Both the position numbers and the translations under genes were made by a program. Under the pieces are notes generated by a model, which was not told the origin of the DNA, made no database searches, and saw nothing but the letters and a program-made list of their open reading frames with translations. Source: Anaeramoeba ignava BMAN (lineage: Eukaryota; Protista; Anaeramoebae). Taken from it: 64,000 nucleotides of DNA. Within the stretch, counting starts at the first letter, position 1, and every line of letters begins with the position of its first letter. Of the stretch, positions 28,979-41,441 are shown piece by piece. Location: NCBI GenBank assembly GCA_028826165.1, contig JAPDFW010000071.1:1-64000 (forward strand), written 5' to 3'.

Positions 28979-29099
28979 TTTCTTTTTTTAATTTTTTTAA
29001 TTTTTTTTAATTTTTTTGAAATGAAAAAAATGAAAAAAATGAAAAAAATGAAAAAATTAAAAATTATTTTTTTTTGAATTTTGGATTAATTAATGATAT

Positions 29100-30141
29100 T
29101 TTCTCATTTCTTTTTGATTTTAATTTTGATTTTAATTTTGATTTTAATTTTAATTTTAATTTTGATTTTGATTTTGATTTTAATTTTAATTTTAATTTTA
29201 ATTTTGATTTTGATTTTAATTTTAATTTTGATTTTAATTTTGATTTTGATTTTGATTTTGGATTTGATTTTGATTTTAATTTTGAATTTGAATTTGATTT
29301 TGATTTTGATTTTGATTTTGATTTTAATTTTAATTTTAATTTTAATTTTAATTTTAATTTTAATTTTAATTTTAATTTTAATTTTAATTTTAATTTTAAT
29401 TTTAATTTTTAATTTTAATTTTAATTTTTAATTTTAATTTTAATTTTAATTTTAATTTTAATTTTTTAATTTTAATTTTGATTTTAAATTTTAAATTTTA
29501 ATTTTAATTTTAATTTTAATTTTTAATTTTAATTTTAATTTTAATTTTTAATTTTAATTTTTATTTTTAATTTTGATTTTTGAATTTTAATTTTAATTTT
29601 AATTTTAATTTTAATTTTAATTTTGATTTTGATTTTGATTTTGATTTTGATTTTAATTTTAATTTTGATTTTGAATTTGATTTTGATTTTGATTTTTAAT
29701 TTTAATTTTAATTTTAATTTTAATTTTAATTTTAATTTTAATTTTAATTTTAATTTTAATATTAATTTTGGTTTTAATTTTAATTTTGATTTTAATTTTA
29801 ATTTTGATTTTGATTTTGATTTTAATTTTATTTTTAATTTTAATTTTAATTTTGATTTTGATTTTAATTTTAATTTTAATTTTGATTTTGATTTTAATTT
29901 TAATTTTAATTTTGATTTTGATTTTGATTTTGATTTTGATTTTTTTGATTTTTTTAATTTTGATTTTGAATTTTGATTTTAATTTTGAATTTGATTTTGA
30001 TTTTAATTTTAATTTTAATTTTAATTTTAATTTTAATTTTAATTTTAATTTTGATTTTAATTTTAATTTTAATTTTAATTTTGATTTTAAATTTTAATTT
30101 TAATTTTAATTTTAATTTTAATTTTAATTTTAATTTTGATT
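29100..30141. repeat. (TTTTAA/TTTTGA)n hexamer microsatellite spacer, representative of many such tracts
   Basis: The same hexamer family fills the spacers and introns at 370-700, 4610-4770, 6610-6880, 15570-16210, 24260-24710, 26620-27040, 34800-35100, 38810-39014, 40830-41230 and 42990-44180. Confidence 0.9.
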
Positions 30142-31917
30142 TTAATTTTGATTATTAAATTTGTTAGTTAATAAATCAAATAAGTTTGGATTTGTTTGAT
30201 TTAATTGAAAATAATCAATTCCTCTTTTGATTTCATTAATGATTGCTTGAGTAATTTGAATTTCATCTTTAATTTGATTTGAATAAATCCAATATTCAAA
30301 TATTTGAAATGATTTATTACTTAATTCACTATAATCTGTAACTTTATTAGATTTATCATCTGTTACAGATAAAAACATTCCTCGATATAATTCACTTCTC
30401 ATTATTAATATCAATTTAGGAAATTTATATTGTTTTTCTTTTCTTTCAATAATAAAATCTTTTTCATTTTCATTTTCATTTAAATAAATTCTTTTCATTG
30501 TTTCTTCAATTTGTTCATTGGAATTTATAATTTCTTTAATTTCAAAATATAATTTTGGATTTATTATTCTGTTTGAATAAATCATTTCAAATATTTGATT
30601 TGATTCTTTAATTGATTTATTTGAAATAATTTCTTGAAGTTTTTCAATTTGATTTTGATTTTGATCTTTTAATCTATATTTCAATATTAATTTATGAGCT
30701 TCAATTATTTCTCCATTTTTGGTTTTAAATGAAATATTGCAAAATTCTTTTCTTCTAAATAGTTTTATCAAATCTTCTTCAATATTGGAAAAAGGAGAAA
30801 GAAAAGGAGAGTAATAAAGAAATGATTTTTCATTTCTACAAAGAACATGATAATTAGAAATATTTTCATTAAATCTTAATTTAGGAAGTTCAATTTGAAT
30901 TGGAATTAATTGATCTTCTGTATCTCCAGTTCCTAATTGGCCATATTCATTATCTCCAAATACTATCAATTTCCCTTTTTGAGTTAAAATCAAAGTATGT
31001 CTATTTCCAACAGAAAAATCACGAATATAATCATCATCATTTTCAAATAAAGATGATTTGATTTCAGTAAATTCATAAGTATTTTCATCTTCATCATTTT
31101 TGCCAAGTCCATTATATTCATAATATCCACATGAATAAATTTTTCTTTTTGAATTTTCATCTTCAATCAACATTATTGAAAAAGTATGGCCAGATTGAAT
31201 ATCAATTATTTTGCCTTTTGGAATATTTTGGATTTTGGTTAATTTTGGATTGCTTCTTCTTTTATCGATTCTCCTAATCCGAATTTAGAATTGTAATTAT
31301 ATCCGCATACAAATAGTTCTTGATTTGAATTTAAAAGAAAAACATGATAAGAAGTAGTTCCTGAAAATATTTTAGAAACATTTTTCATCATTAAAATTGG
31401 TTTTTGTGTTTTTCTAAGTTTTTTAGAATCAAAACCAAGTTCACAATATTCATTTGAACCAATTCCATAAACATTTTGATTTGAAGTTAATAAGTAAATT
31501 GATTCAGTAGAACAAACAACATCTTGAATTATTCTATCTTTTTTATCTTTAATTAATGATGAAATATTGATAAATTCTTTTTGATTATATGGATCAATAT
31601 CAACTCCTTTGGCAAATAAAATTTCCTTCTTTTGTTAAAATAGCTTCATTTTCACCGCCAACAGTTACTTTTTGAATATTTTCAATTTGGATTTTTTCAG
31701 GTTTTTGTTTTAAATCATTTTCACTTAAATATTCTATTGCTTTCCCATTTTTAAAAAGGAAAATTGTTGCAAAATTTCCTGTTGAAATTTGTTTAATTTG
31801 TTTTTCATTTTCATTTTCATTTTCAAATTTAAATTGAATTGGTTTTTTTATTTTTTCTTCTTCATTTTCGAAAAGTTTTGGATATTTATTTCTTCCTAAA
31901 AATATAATTTCATTCAT
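30142..31917 (-). CDS. RCC1-repeat + tandem BTB-like protein (paralog 6), two 1-nt frameshifts (~31620, ~31245); pseudogene or sequencing error
   Basis: Continuous homology across ORFs 31600-31917 and 30142-31173. Both indels lie in short homopolymers and the total length is 1776 nt (592 codons). Confidence 0.75.
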
Positions 31918-32565
31918 TTTTGAAATGAAAAAAATGAAAAAATAAATTTTTAAATTTTAATTTTAATTTTAAAAAATTTTTTCTTATTTATCATCTTCAA
32001 AATATTCTTTATTTTCACATTCATAAATTGAAATTGAAATTGAATAAAAATATTGAAAGTTTCTAAATTATTAATTTGGAATGAAGTTGATGAATTTAAA
32101 ATTTAAATGTTTATTTATTGATTTTGAATTTTGATTTTGAATTTTGATAAGAAAGAAAATAATGATTTATTTTTTGGAATTGAATTGATAATTTCAATTT
32201 AAATTCAAATTTTAATTTTAATTTGATTGAAGTTGAATAAATTTCAAAACTTAAATTATTAAATAAAATCAATTTTTTTGTTATTAAATTTGATTTATTT
32301 GAATAATTTTATTTCCAAAAAAAATGATTTGAATTAAATAATATAAAAAATAGAAATTTAAATTAAAATTAAAATTAAAATTAAAATTTAAATTAAAAAG
32401 AAAGTGGAATAAAAATTGAATAAAGATTATTTTTGTTTTTAGAATAAATAATTAAAATTAATTTAAAATTTTTTTTTTAATTAAACAAAAAAAATTTTTT
32501 CATTTTTTTTTTAAATTTCATTTTTTTTTTTCAAATTTAATTAACAAAAAAGAAAAGAAGAAGAA

Positions 32566-34716
32566 ATGAAAATTATAATTAAATTAATATTTGGAATAAT
32601 TTTTATGAGTTTTATAATTTATGCACAAACACCACAAAATTGTGCAGTTGCATTTAAAGATGAAAATGGAAATTATCATAATTATGATTTTAGTTCTTTA
32701 ATGAGAACGTAAAAAATTAAAATTAAAATTAAAATTAAAATTAAAATTAAAATTAAAATTAAAATTAAAATTAAATTAAAAATTAAAATTAAAATTAAAA
32801 TTAAAATTAAAATTAAAATTAAAATTAAAATTAAAATTAAAATTAAAATTAAAATTAAAATTAAAATTAAAATTAAAATTAAAATTAAAATCAAAATTAA
32901 AATTAAAAATTAAAATTAAAATTAAAATTAAAATTAAAATTAAAATTAAAATTAAAATTAAAATTATAATTAAAATTATAATTAAAATCAAAATTAAAAA
33001 TTAAAATTAAAATTAAAATTAAAATTAAAATTAAATTTAAAATTAAATTAAAATTAAATAGAAAAACAGAAGATCCTTATATTCTTTCTGATAGTGAACA
33101 AAAAATAATTTTTCTTTTTAATATTTGTGCTAATATAACAAATATTTTGGATTGTTATTGTTGTATTCCTGATTTAACAACAGGATATGTAATTTCTGGT
33201 GCAAATTTATCAACTTGCACTGATTTTGGTTATCTTAAAAATTATGCTTATCAACAAATAAGTAAATTTTTAAAACAAAACATAAAATATAAAATGAATT
33301 TAATTCAAAACATAAAAATGAATTCAATTCAAAATATGAAATAAATTCAATTCAAAAATATAAATTTAATTCAAAACATAAAAATGAATTTAATTCAAAA
33401 TATAAAATGAATTCAATTCAAAATATAAAATAAATTAAATTCAAAATATAAAATAAATTCAATTAAAAATATAAATCTAATTCAAAATATAAAATAAATT
33501 TAATTTAAAAATATAAAATAAATTTAATTCAAAATATAAAATAAATTTAATTCAAAAATATAAAAAAATTTAATTAAAAATATAAATTTAATTAAAAAAA
33601 AAAAAAATAAATTAAATTTAAAAAAATAAAAAAATATAAAATAAATCTAATTAAAAATATAAAAATAAATCTAATTAAAAATATAAAATAAATCTAATTA
33701 AAAATATAAAATAAATTTAATTCAAAAATATAAAATAAATCTAATTCAAAAATATAAAATAAATTTAATTAAAAATATAAAATAAATTTAATTCAAAATA
33801 TAAAATAAATTTAATTCAAAAATATAAAATAAATTTAATTCAAAAATATAAAATAAATTTAATTCAAAAATATAAAATAAATTTAATTCAAAAATATAAA
33901 ATAAATTTAATTCAAAAATATAAAAATAAAATAAATTTAATTAAAAATATAAAATAAATCTAATTAAAAATATAAAATAAATCTAATTAAAAATATAAAA
34001 TAAATTCAATTCAAAAATATAAAATAAATTTAATTTAAAAATATAAAATAAATTTAATTAAAAATATAAAATAAATCTAATTCAAAATATAAAATAAATT
34101 TAATTCAAAAATATAAAAATAAATTTAATTCAAAATATAAAATAAATTTAATTCAAAAATAAGAAAATAAATTTAATTCAAAATATAAAATAAATTTAAT
34201 TCAAAAATATAAAATAAATCTAATTAAAAATAAAAAATATAAATTTAATTCAAAATATAAAATAAATTCAATTCAAAAATATAAAATAAATTCAATTCAA
34301 AAATATAAAATAAATTCAATTCAAAAATATAAAATAAATTTAATTCAAAAAATAAAGCACAAGGAGATTTAGAAGATGGAATTTCATTAATTTATACCAT
34401 TGGAGTAGAACCAAATATTGAAAAATTTATGCAAATTAATTTCTTTTGCAATAATTATGAAACATTCAGAGTAGTTACAGCATATTATCATGATACAGAT
34501 ACAGTGCTTAATATTGAAATTGATACATTAACAAAATTAACATGTTTTAGTTCAACTCCATCTCCTATTATTGAAAGTTGTTCTAAATGTAATGCTGCTG
34601 GTGCTAGTTTTGGTGTTATTGCTTCTTTATTTTTTGGTGTTTTTACTGGCTTTTATTTTTATAAATGGAGGAAAAATGATCCAATTTCAAATTATCAAGA
34701 ATTTTTAAAAATTTAA
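32566..34716 (+). CDS. MRH / M6P-receptor-like type I membrane protein, copy B; exons 32566-32708, 33062-33261, 34358-34716
   Basis: Exons 1 and 2 have the same lengths as in copy A (143 and 200 nt). Tail ends YQEFLKI. Confidence 0.7.
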
Positions 34717-35213
34717 AATCAAATTCAATTTCAAAAATTAAAATTCCATTTCAAATTCATTTATAAAATTAAAATTAAAATTCCATTTCAAAATAATTTT
34801 AAAATTAAAATTAAAATTAAAATTAAAATTAAAATTAAAATTAAAATTAAAATTAAAATTAAAATTAAAATTAAAATTAAATTTAAAATTAAAATTCCAT
34901 TTCAAATTCATTTATAAAATTAAAATTAAAATTAAAATTAAAATTAAAATTAAAATTAAAATTAAAATTAAAATTAAAATTAAAATTAAAATTAAAATTA
35001 AAATTAAAATTAAAATTAAAATTAAAATTAAAATTAAAATTAAAATTAAAATTAAAATTCCATTTCAAATTCATTTATAAAATTAAAATTAAAATTAAAA
35101 TTAAAATTGAAATTTTTCTTTCTTAATAAAAAAAGAAAAAGAAAAAGAAATTGAAATTTTTTTTATTGAATTGAATTGAAATGAAATTTTGTTTTTGTTT
35201 TTGAATTAAAAAT

Positions 35214-36962
35214 TTAAATATTCTCTTTAACTCCACTACTATCTTTAATTAATTGAGGAAATCCTAATAATTTTCTTGAAGTTTTCTTTGTTAAATTTTT
35301 ACCAATTTTACCAAAACTAATCAAAAGAATAATTAATAAAAGAAGAGTAATTAAAATAAGTAAAATTAATTTCCAAAAAGGTCTTTCATTATAATTATCA
35401 AGTAATTTAGAATTATGAGAAGAAATATCGAATTCTCCAGTAAAAATATCTAAAGAATCTTGTGAAAACCAATCTCGATAACAATTTAAAAAATATCTTT
35501 TAATTGAATTTTTAAGATCATTAAGTGCTCCTTTTTTGGTTCTTTTTCCTGTTCTTGTATAATCAGTTTTTAATGCTGGAGTTGAAGAATATTGGATACT
35601 AATCTCATCAGCATTGTTTGCCCATAAATTCTTCAAATAACTTTCTAATTCTTTATTATCTTCAATTTTTTCGTTTTCTTGAATTATTCCTTGTTTTCTT
35701 AATTCTTCTTCTAAATTTCTTCTTGCTAATAATCCTTGAACAACATTTGTTCTATCAAGACAATCAACACAATTAGTTCGGAATATTCCTGTTTGTTTAA
35801 TAACATTTTCTTCTTCGTTTTCTTTTTTTTCAAAGCAAAAGAATTGATATTTTTGTTGATCTTCTTTTAATTGATCCATTAAAATTGATAATTTTCCCCA
35901 TTGAAGGTTTTTACATTGAGCATGAAAATCAAAATGAACATATTTAACTGGTGTTTTTGTGTTTGTTTTGTTGTAAATATCACATTGTTTTTTGAACTCA
36001 TTTTCAAGTAATAATTCTGATCCTTTTTTATCAATTAAATTAACAAGTGTTTGATTTCCATAAATTTCATTGTTTTGATTAATATGTTTAGAAAATGCTT
36101 CTTTAACTTGTTCTTCATTTGCTTCTGAGAATTTTTTCTTTGGATTGTATCTAAAATCTGGGAATTGAGACCATAAAAGCGGAATAGATCCTCTGATTTG
36201 AACAAAACTAACAATTCTTTGATCTAAACTTTGTTCAATAATTTGTTCTGTTTCAACAAAATTAGTAACTTTTCCTTCTAAATTAACTCCTCTTCTTGTG
36301 TATCTTTTTCCAACTCGAAATGTACTTCTTCTTGAAATTAATGAAATTTGAACAAGTTTGTTATTGATTCTAAATTCACGTGTTTCAATATATCCCATTA
36401 TAATTGGAAGAATGTAATTTTGAAGTTGATTTTCAATGAAAGATTTGATGAATATTTTATTCCAAAGATATTCAGTGTTAAATGAATTGAATCCTTGATA
36501 ATTTAAGAAATTTAAATATTTTGAATCAATTTCTTCATTTGAATTTTTATATCTTTCAAATTGTTTTTGAACTGAATTTGTTAAATCAAAAGATGGTGAA
36601 TAATATAATCCTTTTGTTTGTAATACTTTTCTTAACATTTTAATTAATATTCTTGATGATTTTGAGTTTTCAATTTCTTTTTCTTCTTTTTGAGTGAATG
36701 GAATTATTTCTGTTTTTTTAATTTGATAAATTGGATTTTTACAAATATATCCAATAAGTTCACTTTTTTCAATAACAATAAGATAATATGATTTATTCCA
36801 TTCAAAAATTCCAAAAATTCCTTCAATTTTTTTTTGTTCTGAAATTTTTTGTTTAATTGAATCTAAATTTTGTTGAGAAATTAATTGCATTCCAAATTGT
36901 TTTCTATTAATTTGAAGGATTTCATTTTCATTTTCATTTTCTTTTTCTTTTTCATTTTTCAT
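35214..36962 (-). CDS. SAC1: SAC1 phosphatidylinositol-phosphate phosphatase
   Basis: LISRRS..GKRYTRRG, NFVETEQI, SFVQIRGSIPLLWSQ, catalytic RTNCVDCLDRTNVVQ (CX5RT) and a C-terminal TM segment. Confidence 0.93.
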   Translation of the reverse strand: MKNEKEKENENENEILQINRKQFGMQLISQQNLDSIKQKISEQKKIEGIFGIFEWNKSYYLIVIEKSELIGYICKNPIYQIKKTEIIPFTQKEEKEIENSKSSRILIKMLRKVLQTKGLYYSPSFDLTNSVQKQFERYKNSNEEIDSKYLNFLNYQGFNSFNTEYLWNKIFIKSFIENQLQNYILPIIMGYIETREFRINNKLVQISLISRRSTFRVGKRYTRRGVNLEGKVTNFVETEQIIEQSLDQRIVSFVQIRGSIPLLWSQFPDFRYNPKKKFSEANEEQVKEAFSKHINQNNEIYGNQTLVNLIDKKGSELLLENEFKKQCDIYNKTNTKTPVKYVHFDFHAQCKNLQWGKLSILMDQLKEDQQKYQFFCFEKKENEEENVIKQTGIFRTNCVDCLDRTNVVQGLLARRNLEEELRKQGIIQENEKIEDNKELESYLKNLWANNADEISIQYSSTPALKTDYTRTGKRTKKGALNDLKNSIKRYFLNCYRDWFSQDSLDIFTGEFDISSHNSKLLDNYNERPFWKLILLILITLLLLIILLISFGKIGKNLTKKTSRKLLGFPQLIKDSSGVKENI

Positions 36963-37187
36963 TTTTTAATTTTTTAAAATAAAAATAAGTTGAAGTTGTT
37001 AAAAGATTCATTTATTTAATTTTAATTTTAATTTTTATTTTAATTTTAATTTTATTTTTAATTTTAATTTTATTTTAAAAGAAAAAAAATGAAAAAAAAT
37101 TTTTATTTTTTATTTTTTTATTTTAAATAAAAATTACTAATAATTATTTTTTTCATTTTTTTTCATTTTTTTTCATTTTTTTTAATA

Positions 37188-37899
37188 ATGAATAAACATA
37201 AAAATGTTTTTGAAATTTTTACAGAAGAATTAAATACAATATTTGAACCATTAATAAAAGTATCAGAAATTGGATTTGAAAAAATATTTGAATCACAAGA
37301 AAAATTAAAAGAAAAATTAGAAGAAATTGAAGAAAAACTTAAAAAAGCAATTAAAGAAGGAGCTTTATAATTCAGAAATATTAAATGAATATATGAAAAA
37401 ACTTCTTAGAACAAGAAAAGAACTTGAAAGAATTGTTAGAGTTTTATTTGCAATTAATGATAGATTGGATAAATTATCTAATTTAATTCAAAAAAATGAT
37501 TTAAAACATTCTGATTTTTTAAATTCTCAAAAAAATACTCTTAATGATTTAATTGATTTATCAAATGAAAATATTATTCAAATTCCAAAAAAAGAAAATA
37601 AAAATCAAAATGAAAATCAAAATCAAAATAAAAATTTAAATCAAAATGAAAATTTAAATCAAAATCAAAATTAAAATCAAAAATCAAAATCAAAATCAAA
37701 ATAAAAATCAAAATGAAAATCAAAATCAAAATCAAAAATCAAAATCAAAATAAAAATCAAAATCAAAATCAAAATCAAAATCAAAATCAAAATCAAAATC
37801 AAAATGAAAATTTAAATCAAAATCAAAATCAAAATCAAAATCAAAATCAAAAATCAAAATCAAAATAAAGATGATTATGAAGAAATTGATTTAAATTAA
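37188..37899 (+). CDS. Snapin / BLOC-1 subunit 7-like coiled-coil protein (apparent 1-nt frameshift ~37345-37366; 3' end uncertain)
   Basis: Joined ORFs give IFEPLI..FESQEKLKEKLEEI..ILNEYMKKLLRTRKEL..INDRLDKL, resembling Snapin ESQ.EL..LDPYVKKLLNAR. A QN microsatellite tail probably ends DDYEEIDLN*. Confidence 0.55.
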
Positions 37900-38339
37900 T
37901 TCAAATTATAAAATTATTCAAACAAAAATTTTACTTTTTTTTATCATTCAATTTAATTTTCTTTTCCAATTAATTAATAAATAAAATCTTTTTTTTTCAA
38001 TTTTAATCATTTTAAATCAAGAAAAAGAAAAAGAAAAATAAGAATTTATTTATTTTACTTTTTTTTTCTTTTTAATTTTTAATTCATTTCAAATCAAATC
38101 AAATCAAATCAATCCAAATAGATCTAAATCTAAATCTAAAAATAAAAATAAATGAAGGTGGAAATTAAAAGGGGGATTTTAGGAAATAATAAAACTAATA
38201 TAAAAAGGTAAAATGGATTGAAAAATAATAATCAAAATGAAAATCAAAAAGATTAAAAAAAAAGCAAAATTCTTTATTAATATTTTTTTTGATGAAAGAA
38301 AATTTTTTTTGGATCATTTTTCTTTTTTGTCTTTTTTTG

Positions 38340-38642
38340 ATGAAATTATTCCTTTTTCTGTTTTTCCTTGGTTTAGTTTGTTATGTTTCATGTGATTGCA
38401 CATGGTCAGGATCTAATTCAAGTTATGAATCAACTTGTTTGCAAACTCCATGTGCTTGGTGTGGTATTGATACTAATGGAACTTTCTCCTATGAGTGTAT
38501 CAATAAAAACAGTGCAACTTGTGCGGAACTTAAGGCAGCTAATGATGAAGGTGGCGGTTGTCAAATTTTTGATTGCAGTTTCGGTTTAGTTCTTTCAGCC
38601 ACTTTCTTTATCATCACATCTTTGATTTTCTTTTTCTTTTGA
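38340..38642 (+). CDS. Small secreted Cys-rich protein with hydrophobic C-terminus (possible GPI anchor)
   Basis: Signal peptide MKLFLFLFFLGLVCYVSC, CLQTPCAWC motif, hydrophobic C-terminal tail with no cytosolic residues. Confidence 0.7.
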   Translation: MKLFLFLFFLGLVCYVSCDCTWSGSNSSYESTCLQTPCAWCGIDTNGTFSYECINKNSATCAELKAANDEGGGCQIFDCSFGLVLSATFFIITSLIFFFF

Positions 38643-39014
38643 TTTTCTTTTTCTTTTGATTTTCTTTTTCTTTTGATTTCCTTTTTCTTTTGATTTTGAT
38701 TTCCTTTTTCTCCTTTTTTTAATCTTTCTTATCAAAACAAGATTAATTCAAACAAGATCGAAAACTCAATAAAATTCATCTCAAATTCCAAATCCACAAA
38801 AAAATGTTTTAATTTTAATTTTAATTTTAATTTTAATTTTAATTTTAATTTTAATTTTAATTTTAATTTTAATTTTAATTTTAATTTTAAATTTTAATTT
38901 TAATTTTAATTTTAATTTTAATTTTTAATTTTAATTTTAATTTTAATTTTAATTTTAATTTTAATTTTAATTTTAATTTTAATTTTAATTTTAATTTTAA
39001 TTTTAATTTTAATT

Positions 39015-40797
39015 TTAATTATTAAATTTGTTAATTAATAAATCAAATAAATTTGGATTTGTTTGATTTAATTGAAAATAATCAATTCCTCTTTCTAATT
39101 CTTGAATTATTTCTTGTGTAATTTGAATTTCATCTTTAATTTGATTTGAATAAATCCAATATTCAAATATTTGAAATGATTTATTACTTAATTCACTATA
39201 ATCTGTAACTTTATTAGATTTATCTTCTGTTACAGATAAAAACATTCCTCGATATAATTCACTTCTCATTATTAATATTAATTTTGGAAATTTATATTGT
39301 TTTTCTTTTCTTTCAATAATAAAATCATTTTCATTTTCATTTTCTTTTTCATTTAAATAAATTCTTTTCATTGTTTCTTCAATTTTTTCATTTGAATTTA
39401 TAATTTCTTTAATTTCAGAATATAATATTGGATTTATATTGGAATTGTTTGAATAAATCATTTCAAATATTTGATTTGATTCTTTAATTGATTTTTTTGA
39501 AATAATTTCTTGAAGTTTTTCAATTTCATTTTCATTTTGATTTAATCTATATTTCAATATTAATTTATGAGCTTTGATTATTTCTCCATTTTTGGTTTTA
39601 AATGAAATATCACAAAATTCTTTTCTTTCAAATAATTTTATCAAATCTTCTTCGAGATTGGAGAAAGAAGGAGAAGAATAATAAATAAATGAATTGAAAG
39701 ATCCACAAGAAATATGATAATTAGAAATATCTTCATTAAATCTTAATTTAGGAAGTTCAATTTGAATTAGAATTGATTGATCATCTATCCTATCTTCAGT
39801 TCCTAATTGGCCAAATGAATTACTTCCAAATGCAATCAATTTTGAATTAGAAGTTAAAATCAAAGAATGGTGATATCCACAAGAAAAATCAAGAATATTA
39901 TCATCATTTTCAAATAAAGATGATTTGATTTCAGTAAATTCATAATTACTTTCATTTCTGCCAAGAAATCTGTTATTTGAACTTCCACATGAATAAAGTT
40001 TTCTTTTTGGATTTTCATTTTGATTTTGATTTTCAATCAACATTATTGAATTATATCTTCCACATTGAATATCAATTATTTTACCTTTTGGAATATTTTG
40101 AATTTTGGTTAATTTAGGGATTGTTTCTTCTTTTCTTGATTCTCCTAATCCAAGTTGATTATATGAATTATATCCGCATCCAAATAATTCTTGATTTGAA
40201 TTTAAAAGAAAAACATGAAATGATGAAATTCCTGAAAATATTTTAGAAACATTTTTCATCATTAAAATTGGTTTTTCTGTGTTATTAAGTGTTTTAGAAT
40301 CTAAATCAAAGTTGACAATATTCATTTGAACCAATTCCATAAGCATTTTGATTTGAAGTTAATAAGTAAATTGAATGAGCTCCAGAAACAATATCTTGAA
40401 TTATTCTATCATTTGTATCTTCAATTAATGATGAAATATTGATAAATTCTTTTGGTTTTTTTGAATTAATATCAATTCCTTTGGCAAATACATTTCCTTC
40501 TAACGTTAAAATAGCTTCATTTTGAGCACCAATAGTTACTTTTTGAATATTTTCTTCAATTTGGATTTTTTTAGGATTTTGTTTTGAATCTTTTAAATAT
40601 TCTATTGCTTTTCCATTTTTAAAAAGGAAAATTGTTCCATAAAAACCTGATGCAATTTGTTTAATTTGTTTTCCATTTTCATTTTCATTTTCATTTTCAT
40701 TTTCAAATTTAAATTGAATTGGTTTTTTTATTTTTTCTGGTTCATTTTTGAAAAGTTTTGGCTCTTCATTTCTTCCAAAAAATATAATTTCATTCAT
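39015..40797 (-). CDS. RCC1-repeat + tandem BTB-like protein (paralog 7), 1-nt frameshift ~40308
   Basis: ORFs 40306-40797 and 39015-40346 join by removing one T (CAA CTT t GAT TTA). Confidence 0.78.
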
Positions 40798-41441
40798 TTT
40801 TGAAAAGAAAAAAAATGAAAAATTTTGATTTTAATTTTAATTTTAATTTTAATTTTAATTTTAATTTTAATTTTAATTTTAATTTTAATTTTAATTTTAA
40901 TTTTAATTTTAATTTTAATTTTAATTTTAATTTTAATTTTTGAATTTTAATTTTAATTTTTAATTTTATTTTAATTTTAATTTTAATTTTAATTTTAATT
41001 TTAATTTTAATTTTAATTTTAATTTTAATTTTAATTTTAATTTTAATTTTAATTTTTAATTTTAATTTTAATTTTGATTTTAATTTTAATTTTAATTTAA
41101 TTTTAATTTTAATTTTAATTTTAATTTTAATTTTAATTTTAATTTTAGTTTTAATTTTAATTTTAATTTTAATTTTAATTTTAATTTTAATTTTAATTTT
41201 AATTTTAATTTTAATTTTAATTTTAATTTTAATTATTTAAAAAGATAAAAAAAAAAGAGGAAAAAATGAGAAAATTAAAATAAATTTTTTACTCTTTTTT
41301 ATAAGTTGATTTTTTTTTTATTTTTTTTTTTCATTTTTTTTTACTTTTTTTTTAATTATTTGAAACAAAAAACAACAAAGAAAAAAAAACAACAAAAAAG
41401 AAAAATTCTTTTATTAAAAAAATTTTTAAAACAGAAAAAAA

